33,887 nt of DNA, from the NCBI GenBank assembly GCA_038213975.1, contig JBBQSI010000001.1, forward strand, positions 1 through 33,887, written 5' to 3'. Both the position numbers and the translations under genes were made by a program. Source of the DNA: Chitinophagales bacterium. GTDB taxonomy: Bacteria > Bacteroidota > Bacteroidia > Chitinophagales > Chitinophagaceae. Below, piece by piece: positions 18,461 to 27,648 of this stretch. The notes beneath the pieces are model-generated. The model had not been told where the DNA came from. It did not search any database and worked only from the letters and a program-made list of their open reading frames with translations. Position 1 is the first letter of the stretch. Each line of letters starts with the position of its first letter.

Positions 18461-19120
18461 CTATTGCACGTCTATGTCAGTGAAGAAAATCCTGAAACTT
18501 CCATCTTTGTTTGGCCGGTTGGACGACAACTTCAGTCCATTGTAATCTTCATAATCTTCCCAGGCCGTCATGAGCGAAGGTTCAGCACTGCCGCTTTTAT
18601 GAAATTCCCACTCCATTATCTTATGGGACGGATCTGTATAGACTACGTACATATCTCCGGGCGTAAAGCCAGCCTTATCATCGTACTGGACTGTGAACTT
18701 ATGCAGGGAATCTTCTGTAACAGGGCCCTTAGCCATGCCATTGTCAGCGATCGTCATCCCACCATCTGATGCGAGATGATAAGGAAATGTTAACCAATAT
18801 TCATCATTTGTAAAGTCAGCGTTCAAATTGCGGAGATCCGCCGTACTCGTATCATATCTTTTAAACCGGACTGAATCTGCGCCAGTGATGGCAATCACCT
18901 CATCACTGTCTTTCATCCATTTCCACTTTCTTGTGGCAACCACTGCTGAATCCTTTTGAACGTTGAAAGTGAAGGCAATGGTTTTTATATTCTTTAAACT
19001 CTCTTCTCCTGCCGCTTTTGCAATTTCGTCCATTGCCTCGCTCTTGGAAGAGGTAGAGGAGCTATCATTACACTGAGAAAAAAACAGGGCGATAACAATA
19101 AGTGAAAAGAATTTTTGCAT
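18461..19120 (-). CDS. Hypothetical lipoprotein
   Basis: Signal peptide ending FFSQC, Ser-rich linker, and motifs FTFNV, FTNDEYWL.FP and GFTPGD.Y. Confidence 0.75.
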   Translation of the reverse strand: MQKFFSLIVIALFFSQCNDSSSTSSKSEAMDEIAKAAGEESLKNIKTIAFTFNVQKDSAVVATRKWKWMKDSDEVIAITGADSVRFKRYDTSTADLRNLNADFTNDEYWLTFPYHLASDGGMTIADNGMAKGPVTEDSLHKFTVQYDDKAGFTPGDMYVVYTDPSHKIMEWEFHKSGSAEPSLMTAWEDYEDYNGLKLSSNRPNKDGSFRIFFTDIDVQ

Positions 19121-19191
19121 AACAGTTTTTTTTTAATGTAATCCAAATCTCTCAATCGTGTTTGGGAACCGATAAGGCTCTTCTGTATCAC

Positions 19192-20202
19192 TCAGTTTTC
19201 ATTTAATTTAAATCCTTCTGCCAGCAATTCGAAAGAACGTCGTCGTTTTTCCGGCGTATCAGTCATCGTTGCTGCAATGATTTCTTCCGCATCAAATTCA
19301 TTGGCAAGAGCCAGGAGTTCCTCTTTTACTTTATCGATCGTACCAGATACCACCCGGCCGCTGTTGATTTTTATTCTGTCCTTTTCCGGTTGGGAAAATT
19401 GGTAAGAAGCGATTGATGCATAATCACCCGGTTTTTTAAAGTCTCCCTTCTCAAACTGGAGCAGGCGATAGTCCATCAGTTTACGCATTTCAAAAGCTCC
19501 CTTCTCCGTTTCGCCACACAAAACAGAAATGGAAAGCATTACCCGCGGCTTTGGGAATTGAGCGGAGGCTTGAAAATGTTCTTTATACGTTTCAACAATA
19601 TCTGCCGTGGCATTCCCATTAATAAATTTCGCAATCGCCAGCCCCATACCATATCCTGCGGCAATTTTGCTGCTGCCGCCACTGCTGCTTAATATCCATT
19701 GTTCCGGAGTCGTTTCCGCCTGTGGTACCGCCAGGAGAGCGCCATAACTTGTACCGGCGGTATCGTTGAAAAAGTGCTGTAAATGCGAGAGTTGTGCCAG
19801 GTAACTTTCTTCGCTGAATGTATTTGAAGGATTTAATACCGCTGCAGTAATGCGATCACTGCCGGGCGCCCGTCCCATCCCTAAATCTATCCTTCCCGGG
19901 AAAAGCGTTTCCAGCATGCGAAAATTTTCTGCAACTTTCAGAGCGCTGTGATTGGGTAGCATGATGCCGCCTGAGCCAATTCGAATTTTTTGTGTGACCT
20001 CTGCCAGCTTTACCATCAGCACTTCAGGCGTAGAGCCGGCAATGGATGGAGCGTTATGATGTTCTGAAATCCAAAACCTGTTGTATCCTAATTTCTCCGC
20101 AAGCTTCACGGTATCCACCGTTTCTTCTATCGCTTCTTTCGCCGTGTACCCGGCCCGCACGATGGATTGATCCAGGATGCCCATCTTAATTCTTGTTGAC
20201 AT
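19192..20202 (-). CDS. LLM class flavin-dependent oxidoreductase (luciferase-like, YhbW type)
   Basis: RFWISEHH, IRIGSGGIMLPNHS and FPGRIDLGMGRAPG motifs. Confidence 0.92.
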   Translation of the reverse strand: MSTRIKMGILDQSIVRAGYTAKEAIEETVDTVKLAEKLGYNRFWISEHHNAPSIAGSTPEVLMVKLAEVTQKIRIGSGGIMLPNHSALKVAENFRMLETLFPGRIDLGMGRAPGSDRITAAVLNPSNTFSEESYLAQLSHLQHFFNDTAGTSYGALLAVPQAETTPEQWILSSSGGSSKIAAGYGMGLAIAKFINGNATADIVETYKEHFQASAQFPKPRVMLSISVLCGETEKGAFEMRKLMDYRLLQFEKGDFKKPGDYASIASYQFSQPEKDRIKINSGRVVSGTIDKVKEELLALANEFDAEEIIAATMTDTPEKRRRSFELLAEGFKLNEN

Positions 20203-20351
20203 AAAATCTTGTTATACAAGGTATGTTCGAAGCAAGAAGCAATCCAAGAACTGAGGTTGGTAATATTGGCAGAAATCTCTTAAACACCGGCATGTTGAAA
20301 GCCGTGGGCTGCCGAAATTTTACTTTTAAAGGTTTAGTTTTACGCAGAGAA

Positions 20352-21383
20352 ATGGCCAACGAACACTTGCATACCAATAAAGAAGAACTATCCAACGCAG
20401 AGAAAGAATTTGAGAATAATATTCGCCCGGCGATCATCAAAGATTTTTCTGGCCAGGCTCAGATCATTGGAAACCTGAAAATTTTTATACAGGCTGCAAA
20501 GCAACGCTCTGAAGCGTTGGACCACATCTTATTTCACGGACCGCCCGGCCTTGGCAAAACCACACTCAGCCGTATTGTCGCTAACGAACTTGGGGTAAAT
20601 ATTAAAGAAACGAGCGGCCCCGTAATTGAAAAGCCCGGAGACCTTGCCGGGTTGCTGACAAACCTCGAGGCAAATGATGTACTGTTCATAGATGAAATTC
20701 ATCGCCTGAGCAACGTGGTGGAAGAATACCTGTATGCTGCCATGGAAGATTACCGGATTGATATCATGATCGACACCGGCCCAAATGCACGCAGCGTTCA
20801 GATCAATCTGTCGCCCTTCACACTTATCGGAGCCACTACACGGAGCGGGCTGCTGACAGCACCACTTTTGTCCCGCTTTGGGATTAAGTCAAGGTTAGAA
20901 TATTATGATGCCGCTACGTTGAAAAATATACTTCTCCGCTCTGCCTCTATCCTGGGAACAAAAGTGACTTCCGATGCAGCACAGGAAATTGCCGGCCGCA
21001 GCCGGGGTACACCGCGGATTGCTAATGGATTGCTGCGTCGCGTGCGTGATTTTGCCCAGGTACTGTCTAACGGCATCATCGACCTGGCTATTACGGAACA
21101 CGCCCTGCGGGCTTTGAACGTAGATGAATATGGGTTGGACGAAATGGATAATCGTATTCTCGTCACCATCATTGAGAAGTTCAAAGGCGGACCGGTCGGC
21201 ATTACCACAATCGCGACAGCCGTTGGTGAAGAGACAGGTACGATAGAGGAGGTGTACGAGCCATTTTTGATCCAGGAAGGCTTTATTATGCGCACGCCCC
21301 GTGGGCGCGAAGTGACTGCGAAGGCTTACGAACACCTGGGCAAAGTGCCTCATAAAAATCATAAGGGCCCAATGCTATTCTAA
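20352..21383 (+). CDS. ruvB: Holliday junction branch migration helicase RuvB
   Basis: Walker [10 protein letters not shown], Walker [26 protein letters not shown] and RTPRGR. Start re-placed at MANEHL. Confidence 0.97.
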   Translation: MANEHLHTNKEELSNAEKEFENNIRPAIIKDFSGQAQIIGNLKIFIQAAKQRSEALDHILFHGPPGLGKTTLSRIVANELGVNIKETSGPVIEKPGDLAGLLTNLEANDVLFIDEIHRLSNVVEEYLYAAMEDYRIDIMIDTGPNARSVQINLSPFTLIGATTRSGLLTAPLLSRFGIKSRLEYYDAATLKNILLRSASILGTKVTSDAAQEIAGRSRGTPRIANGLLRRVRDFAQVLSNGIIDLAITEHALRALNVDEYGLDEMDNRILVTIIEKFKGGPVGITTIATAVGEETGTIEEVYEPFLIQEGFIMRTPRGREVTAKAYEHLGKVPHKNHKGPMLF

Positions 21384-21401
21384 CGGAAAGGGCTAACAGT
21401 A

Positions 21402-22394
21402 TTAAAAACTAATTTCATTCTCCGATTTCTTCCCGTCTTCAAAACAATTGAGATTGTACATAGTGGTCTCTGCGATATTGCTGAGGGCAGTGTCTGTGAG
21501 AAAAGCCTGGTGACTGGTAATAAAAACGTTGTTGAAAGTCATTAGCCTGGCAATCATATCGTCCTGGAGGATGTCTTCTGAATGGTCTTCAAAAAATAGC
21601 TCTTCCTCTTCTTCGTACACATCCATGCCATAGAATCCTATCTGTTGAGTTTTGAGTGCCTTGATAACCGCTTCGGTCTTTACCAGCTTTCCACGGCTCG
21701 TGTTCACCAGCATTACGCCCCGCTTCATCAGGTCAATATTTTTTGTGTCGATGATAAATTTTGTGTCATCCGTCAGAGGAACGTGCAGCGTGATGATATC
21801 CGATTCCCGGCAAAGTGTTTCAATGCTGACGTATTTTGTACCAAGTTCTTTCACAAGATCATCATTCAGAAAAGAATCAAAAGCCAGCAGCTTGCACCCA
21901 AAGCCATGTAGGATACGGGCTACAATGTGCCCTATTTTGCCCGTGCCAATGATACCAACAGTTTTACCATGCATGTCAAAACCTACCAGGCCATCCAATG
22001 TGAAATTGTTGTCCATAATGCGCTGGTGTGCCCGGATTAGTTTTCGGTTCATGGCCAGCATCAGCGCCACCGTATGCTCTGCCACAGCATAAGGCGAATA
22101 GGCAGGCACACGGGCAACTTTTATCCCAAGCTCATTTGCTTTTTTTAAATCGACGTTATTAAACCCTGCAGTCCGCAATGCAAGAAATCTCACCCCTTCG
22201 GCTGCTAAAATTTCAAGCACGGGTGCGTCTGCATGATCAGAGGTAAAAATGCTCACCGCATCAAATCCGGCGGCCAGCCTGGCTGTTTGTTCGTTAAGGC
22301 GAACGTCGATGAAAAAAATTTCGTGCCGGTCAGCATTAGCACCGGATAGGTAGTCTCTTTCGAAGTTGTGCGCACTAAAAACGGCAACTCGCAT
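21402..22394 (-). CDS. ldhA: D-lactate / D-2-hydroxyacid dehydrogenase
   Basis: LRTAGFNNVD, VPAYSPYAVAEH, GTGKIG, NTSRG, DVYEEE and HQAFLT motifs. Confidence 0.9.
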   Translation of the reverse strand: MRVAVFSAHNFERDYLSGANADRHEIFFIDVRLNEQTARLAAGFDAVSIFTSDHADAPVLEILAAEGVRFLALRTAGFNNVDLKKANELGIKVARVPAYSPYAVAEHTVALMLAMNRKLIRAHQRIMDNNFTLDGLVGFDMHGKTVGIIGTGKIGHIVARILHGFGCKLLAFDSFLNDDLVKELGTKYVSIETLCRESDIITLHVPLTDDTKFIIDTKNIDLMKRGVMLVNTSRGKLVKTEAVIKALKTQQIGFYGMDVYEEEEELFFEDHSEDILQDDMIARLMTFNNVFITSHQAFLTDTALSNIAETTMYNLNCFEDGKKSENEISF

Positions 22395-22419
22395 AACATA
22401 ATTTTTGAGTGGTCAGCTT

Positions 22420-23109
22420 TCAGGCTTTCAATAAAAAAATTACCTGCTTCTTGTGCAAGTCTGGTTTAGCCTGCTTCCAATTTTTAATTGATTGTGTTTT
22501 GATCCATTCCTCAGCCGAGGTGAGCTCAAAAGCTACGGAAAGCATTGTTTCATCCCTGCAATTTTTTAAGATTGCATCCAGCATTTTATTATTACGAAAA
22601 GGCGTTTCAATAATAATCTGTGTAGTATCCTGTTTCCCTGATTCAACTTCCAGTGTTTTAATTTTCTTCGCTCTTTCCAGGTCATCAATCGGCAGGTATC
22701 CCTGGAAGCCAAAATTCTGGCCGTTGAGGCCACTCGCCATTAGCGCCAACAGGATGGACGAAGGGCCTACCAACGGCCGCACTGTGGCACCCAGCCTGTG
22801 TGCTTCGGCAATAAGCAACTGGCCGGGATCTGCAACGCCCGGGCAGCCGGCCTCGCTGATAATTGCAATGTTTTTATTTGCCTTCACAGCTTCGCCAAAT
22901 AGTTTAACCTGCGCTGCCTCCGCCTTGTGAATGGTATGCCATTCAAAGTGATCTATCACAATGCCGGCGTCCAGCTTTTTTAAAAATCGCCGCGCTGTTC
23001 TTTCATTCTCTGCAAAGATGACCGAGCATTTCTTTACAGATTCCAGCACATATGGGAGAATAGTTTCGAGTGCATCTTCGGCAAGCACGGTGGGAATGAG
23101 GTAAATCAT
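22420..23109 (-). CDS. SAM-dependent methyltransferase, RsmI-like (tetrapyrrole methylase fold)
   Basis: SEAGCPGVADPG, PLVGPSSILLALMASG and IETPFRN motifs. Confidence 0.88.
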   Translation of the reverse strand: MIYLIPTVLAEDALETILPYVLESVKKCSVIFAENERTARRFLKKLDAGIVIDHFEWHTIHKAEAAQVKLFGEAVKANKNIAIISEAGCPGVADPGQLLIAEAHRLGATVRPLVGPSSILLALMASGLNGQNFGFQGYLPIDDLERAKKIKTLEVESGKQDTTQIIIETPFRNNKMLDAILKNCRDETMLSVAFELTSAEEWIKTQSIKNWKQAKPDLHKKQVIFLLKA

Positions 23110-23888
23110 CAGGCGACTTTTTGAACGATGAGGTGGTCTGCATTTTCCTGTTGCAGGCTCAGCGTTGCCGCGATGACAGCGTAGCCCGGTGCCATCACCC
23201 AGCCCACTAATGGAATCAGATGTAGCAGGTAGAAAACAAGTCCGTTCCCTATAGCCAGGCCTTTATGATTGCCGATGTAATGAATGCTTTGTGAAGTCGT
23301 AAGTCCTTTACGCTCACTTGTATAGTCCAGCATGGAAAAACCGAAATAATAACACTCGATAAAAAGGGCAAGTACTGGCGTGGCCCAACCTACGACAGGG
23401 ATGAGCGCAAGAAAAAAAACTGAAACAGAGTAAACGGTTTGCCATAACGTATTTCTCAAAGCAATGCCCGTTCCCCGCAGCGCATCTTTCACGAATTGGC
23501 GAAAACGGAAAGGATAATCGCTGCCTGTGATCAGCGTTTCGGTCTTCTCACTCAGCCAGGCAAACACCGGCGACCCGACTATCAGGAAAAGATATTTAAA
23601 CCAGGAAAAATAGAGAACCATTAAAATAATATGGACAACGATCTGTCCAAATACCAACAGGAATTTAAGCAGGCTCGTTCCTTTTTGCAGCCAGGATTTT
23701 ACACCCGTTTTTGTAAGTAAAAAATCAATTACGAAAGCTGAAGATTCCCAAAACAGATAGATGCCGGCAACAAATAAGATGGCGTAAACGATGCCAGGAA
23801 TCAGGATCCATTTCCACAACTTATTTTCAGAGATAAACCGGTGCGCCTGAAAGTATGATTGTACCGCTATTATAATTTCCTTTAGCAA
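23109..23888 (-). CDS. EI24/CysZ family membrane protein
   Basis: Multi-TM protein with SPVFAWLSEKTE, IPVVG, YFGFSMLDY and LIPLVGW; TTG start. Confidence 0.8.
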   Translation of the reverse strand: MLKEIIIAVQSYFQAHRFISENKLWKWILIPGIVYAILFVAGIYLFWESSAFVIDFLLTKTGVKSWLQKGTSLLKFLLVFGQIVVHIILMVLYFSWFKYLFLIVGSPVFAWLSEKTETLITGSDYPFRFRQFVKDALRGTGIALRNTLWQTVYSVSVFFLALIPVVGWATPVLALFIECYYFGFSMLDYTSERKGLTTSQSIHYIGNHKGLAIGNGLVFYLLHLIPLVGWVMAPGYAVIAATLSLQQENADHLIVQKVA

Positions 23889-23908
23889 TCAGCAGAGATT
23901 GAAGTCGT

Positions 23909-23916
23909 CAAACTTA
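23909..23916 (-). promoter_or_regulatory. Bacteroidota -7 element (TAAGTTTG)
   Basis: Exact TAnnTTTG on the minus strand 20 nt upstream of the EI24/CysZ start. Confidence 0.5.
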
Positions 23917-23985
23917 AATAATATAACTTGCTTTCCCCGCAAAGTATTCACCAGCGGCGGTAAAGGATTGTTAAAGGCAAGGGAC

Positions 23986-24591
23986 ATGAAACCGCTACCA
24001 TTATCTTTTTACAACAGGCCGGATGTGCTGGAAATTGCCCGGGATCTGTTGGGGAAAATCGTAGTTACAGATTTTGAAAATGAATTCACCTCGGGGCGCA
24101 TCTGTGAAACGGAAGCCTATGTAGCCATAACTGACAGAGCATCGCACTCTTATAGTAACAGGCGAACGCCAAGAAATGAGCATATGTATGGTCCGCCAGG
24201 CACATCATACGTATATATATGCTATGGAATGCACCAAATGCTAAATGTGGTGACAAACGAAAAAGAAGTGCCCGATGCCGTCTTAATCAGGGCAATAGAA
24301 CCACTTGAAGGAATAGACACCATGTTACAGAGAACCGGGAAGCCGAAGCTCAATGAAACTCTTACCCGCGGACCGGGAAATGTGGCAAAAGCTTTGGGCA
24401 TCTTTAAGCATCACTCGGGAATCTCCCTGGAAGACTCTTCTATAAGAATCTACGAGGACAGTTTCTGTTTAGCTGGGGAAGAGATCGCCATAAGCAAACG
24501 CATCGGGGTGGAGGGAGCAGGTGATGCTGCGCATTTGCCTTACAGGTTTTACATCAGGGGCAACAACTATGTAAGTGGCTTCCGGAAATGA
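23986..24591 (+). CDS. mpg: DNA-3-methyladenine glycosylase (MPG/AAG family)
   Basis: ARDLLGK, ETEAY, YVYICYGMH, AVLIRAIEP, GPG and RIG motifs. Start placed at MKPLP. Confidence 0.92.
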   Translation: MKPLPLSFYNRPDVLEIARDLLGKIVVTDFENEFTSGRICETEAYVAITDRASHSYSNRRTPRNEHMYGPPGTSYVYICYGMHQMLNVVTNEKEVPDAVLIRAIEPLEGIDTMLQRTGKPKLNETLTRGPGNVAKALGIFKHHSGISLEDSSIRIYEDSFCLAGEEIAISKRIGVEGAGDAAHLPYRFYIRGNNYVSGFRK

Positions 24592-24662
24592 ATTTCAAAA
24601 AAACTACCGTGGAGATCGTTACGATCGAGGCATTTTATAAAGCGAAACTGTTTTACATAGAG

Positions 24663-24670
24663 TACATTTG
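24663..24670 (+). promoter_or_regulatory. Bacteroidota -7 element (TACATTTG) for gap
   Basis: Exact TAnnTTTG 30 nt upstream of the true gap ATG at 24701. Confidence 0.6.
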
Positions 24671-24700
24671 CAACCTAATTTTCAAAATAATCTTTCAATT

Positions 24701-25714
24701 ATGAGCAAAACAAAAGTGGCTATTAATGGATTTTGAAGAATAGGAAGACTCGTCTTCCGGCAGATCTATAACATGCAGGATATTGATGTAGTGGCAATAA
24801 ATGACCTTACCAGCCCAAAGGTGCTCGCCCATCTTTTAAAATATGACAGTGCGCAGGGTAAGTTCAAAGACGATGTATCAAGTGGGGAAGATGCCATCAC
24901 GGTGAATGGTGAAGAAATCAAAATATATAAGCAAAAAGATCCCGCCCAAATTCCCTGGGGCGACCATGATGTGGATGTAGTGATCGAATGCACAGGCTTT
25001 TTTACAGATAAAGAAAAAGCAGAAGCACATATAAGAGCAGGCGCTAAAAGAGTGGTGATTTCTGCGCCGGCTACAGGTGATTTGAAGACTGTTGTTTTCA
25101 ATGTAAACCATGACATCCTTGACGGCAGCGAAACAATTATTTCATGTGCTTCATGCACTACCAACTGCCTTGCGCCCATGGCCAAAGTATTGAATGATAC
25201 TTACGGCATCGTGGCAGGCCTGATGACAACCATTCACGCCTATACGAATGACCAGAATACATTGGATGGTCCGCACGCAAAGGGTGATTTAAGACGCTCA
25301 CGTGCTGCTGCTGCAAATGTGGTACCTAACAGTACAGGAGCAGCGAAGGCTATCGGCCTGGTGTTGCCGGAACTCAAAGGTAAATTGGATGGTGGCGCAC
25401 AACGGGTGCCCGTTATCACCGGCTCGCTGACAGAGCTCACGACGGTGCTTGAAAAAAAGACGTCCGTTGAAGAAGTGAATGCTGCGATGAAAGCCGCTTC
25501 CAACGAAAGCTTTGGGTACAATGAGGATGAAATCGTAAGTACTGATGTTATCGGTATTCATTTCGGTTCACTGTTCGATGCTACACAAACTAAGGTGATT
25601 ACTTCAGGTGACACCCAGTTAGTAAAAACGGTGAGCTGGTACGACAATGAAATGAGTTATGTATCTCAATTGGTAAGAACCGTGAAGTATATGGATGGAT
25701 TGATAAAAAAGTAG
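24701..25714 (+). pseudogene. gap: Type I glyceraldehyde-3-phosphate dehydrogenase with in-frame TGA at codon 12 (nonsense allele or sequencing error)
   Basis: Reads [26 protein letters not shown]..., with TGA at 24734-24736 replacing the Gly of NGFGRIGR. The rest is intact: [22 protein letters not shown]. Confidence 0.9.
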
Positions 25715-25736
25715 TTTTTACTTTACAATATTAGAA

Positions 25737-25767
25737 GCCGTCTTGATATTCAGGACGGTCTTTTTTT
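25737..25767 (+). terminator. Intrinsic terminator after gap
   Basis: GCCGTCTTGA-tat-TCAGGACGGT stem followed by C and T7; lies between convergent gap and hemD. Confidence 0.75.
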
Positions 25768-25832
25768 ACTGAGCCAAATTCTATGGAAGTAATATTTGTC
25801 AAGTAAGAGTAGGTAAGTATGTAGGACGAATA

Positions 25833-26633
25833 TTATTCACTTTCCTTCAACATTGCCGAAAGGAAATTGTCTAATGCCGATACCATGCTGGGAAACTTAG
25901 GCAGGGGTGCGATGATATCCGGGTTGAAACCTGCAGCAATCACCGCTTTCCTGGTGTTATCACCAAAGGCGCCGATCACCGTACCGTTTTGCCGAAAATC
26001 CGGAACACCATCAGTAAAGCTTCTTACACCCAGCGGAGTGAAGAAGCAAATCATGTCATAATCATGGCGCGACATAATTTCTTTAACATCGGTAGGAATG
26101 ATCTGGTAAAGCACGGGAATCGCATATCCACAATGATTTTCAATTAGCCAGTTCGTGATTTCGCTGTCGAATGACTCTGAACAAGGATACAGGAATTTCT
26201 CCTGCTCTTTGTATTTACAGATCACATCAAAAAGACTTTTATTGGTGCCGTCGTTGCCGTAAAAAACTTTACGCTTGCGGTAAAGAATAAACTTCTGCAG
26301 GTAAAGGGCCACTGCTTCTGTGATGCAAAAATATTTTGTATCCTGGCTTACGGTTATTTTCAATTCATCGCAGGTGCGAAAAAAGTGGTCGATCGCGTTT
26401 CGGCTGGTGAATATCACGGCAGAATACGCCGTAATATCTATCTTTTGCTTGCGGAAATCCCTGGAGGAAATGGACTCAACCCTGATAAAAGGTTCAAATT
26501 CGAGTTTTATGTTGTACCGCCTGGCCAACTCAAAGTAGGGTGATTTTTCGTTCTCCGGTTTAGCCTGTGTTATTAAAATGTTCTGGATTTGCTTCATAGT
26601 TTCCGGAGCAGAAAGTGCAATCTTTTTATCCAT
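25833..26633 (-). CDS. hemD: Uroporphyrinogen-III synthase family protein
   Basis: ILITQ.KP, AVIFTSRNAIDHFF, ALYLQKFI.YRKRK and CFFTP.GV motifs. Alternative start at 26597. Confidence 0.85.
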   Translation of the reverse strand: MDKKIALSAPETMKQIQNILITQAKPENEKSPYFELARRYNIKLEFEPFIRVESISSRDFRKQKIDITAYSAVIFTSRNAIDHFFRTCDELKITVSQDTKYFCITEAVALYLQKFILYRKRKVFYGNDGTNKSLFDVICKYKEQEKFLYPCSESFDSEITNWLIENHCGYAIPVLYQIIPTDVKEIMSRHDYDMICFFTPLGVRSFTDGVPDFRQNGTVIGAFGDNTRKAVIAAGFNPDIIAPLPKFPSMVSALDNFLSAMLKESE

Positions 26634-26656
26634 TTACTGAGTTAGACGGTGCAGTA

Positions 26657-26664
26657 CAAAACTA
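26657..26664 (-). promoter_or_regulatory. Bacteroidota -7 element (TAGTTTTG) upstream of hemD
   Basis: Exact TAnnTTTG on the minus strand 23 nt before the 26633 ATG. Confidence 0.45.
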
Positions 26665-26724
26665 CGTTTTTTTTATGGGTGACTGTCCGGGCGCAGTTTC
26701 CGGAAAACAGCGCCGTTATTCGGT

Positions 26725-27648
26725 TTAGATAAGATAGTCCGTAGTCACTTTGTAGACGAGGGCAAGTGGAACTATTTCTGTCGCTAATACATAAATCAGG
26801 AAGTGGAAAAGGTTCATGGAAACCTCCCTGTCCAGGGATGTATATGTTTTGAGATAGCGGGTTAAGAAGAAAAGTACAATTGCCAGTATGCAGATAATGT
26901 TGATATAACTGAGCATCCACTCTTTAGAAAAAGCAAAAACTATTATCAGCGGAACGAGCACAATCCCGAGAATCTTATTGATGAGGAAAATAATGAAAAT
27001 GTAATTGTCCATCACCTCCTGCACTGTATACAGCCATCCCAAAAATTTTAGGGAAATGAATTTCGCAAGGTAAAGGGCACCGATGCCGGCGACACAAAGC
27101 AGCAGTAACGACAAACCTTTTACGCTACTGCCGGGATGGAAGTAAGAAAAAGAAAGCCAGAGGTAGATACCTGCTGTAATCGTAAAAAAGATATTTAAAA
27201 TAAAAGACGGCAGCCGGGCCTGGACTAACTGATCGGTCAACTGATTCTGGCGAAGGGAAGTATTAAAAAAGACCCTAAAAAGATTGTTGAAATAGCCACT
27301 GTAAAAAGTTTTGAACAAGCCAAAAACCAATACAACGCCAAGCAGCAGGTAAAACAGGAATTCTCTCCCCGGAGATTCATATTCCTTTACAAAAACATAA
27401 TCGCGCCCCGGAGCGGCATTGATAAACTGATTTTTGGCAAGCCACTTTCGCACCAGAGAATCGGCAGTAACAAGCCTTAGGGCTACTGAATCCAACGCTT
27501 GGGTAAGACTATCTGGTTGTGCCTGCACGGCCGCGGAATCATTAAGCGAATCGGCAGTTTCTTGTGCAATTGCTGGAAAACATAGAGTGGCAAATAGAAA
27601 AAGGAAAACAAAGCTTTTTCGCTGCATGTGGAATTCAATGGTGCTCAA
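26725..27648 (-). CDS. DUF4271 family membrane protein
   Basis: Multi-TM protein with C-terminal FHFLIYVLATEIVP, directly upstream of hemD as is usual in Bacteroidota. Alternative ATG at 27627. Confidence 0.78.
   Translation of the reverse strand: MSTIEFHMQRKSFVFLFLFATLCFPAIAQETADSLNDSAAVQAQPDSLTQALDSVALRLVTADSLVRKWLAKNQFINAAPGRDYVFVKEYESPGREFLFYLLLGVVLVFGLFKTFYSGYFNNLFRVFFNTSLRQNQLTDQLVQARLPSFILNIFFTITAGIYLWLSFSYFHPGSSVKGLSLLLLCVAGIGALYLAKFISLKFLGWLYTVQEVMDNYIFIIFLINKILGIVLVPLIIVFAFSKEWMLSYINIICILAIVLFFLTRYLKTYTSLDREVSMNLFHFLIYVLATEIVPLALVYKVTTDYLI

Noticed and set aside
20223-20351. N-terminal extension of RuvB in the ORF track
   Set aside because: It is not RuvB-like and occupies the divergent promoter region; ATG 20352 gives the normal length.
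24734-24736. TGA=Gly recoding (genetic code 25) or selenocysteine explaining the gap stop
   Set aside because: TGA ends several normal-length genes here (LLM, RsmI-like, EI24, mpg, Omp85, rnc), and the position is a structural Gly rather than a Cys.
26690-26714. GC-rich imperfect hairpin between DUF4271 and hemD
   Set aside because: No adjacent U-tract and no recognisable riboswitch or ncRNA motif; cannot be supported.
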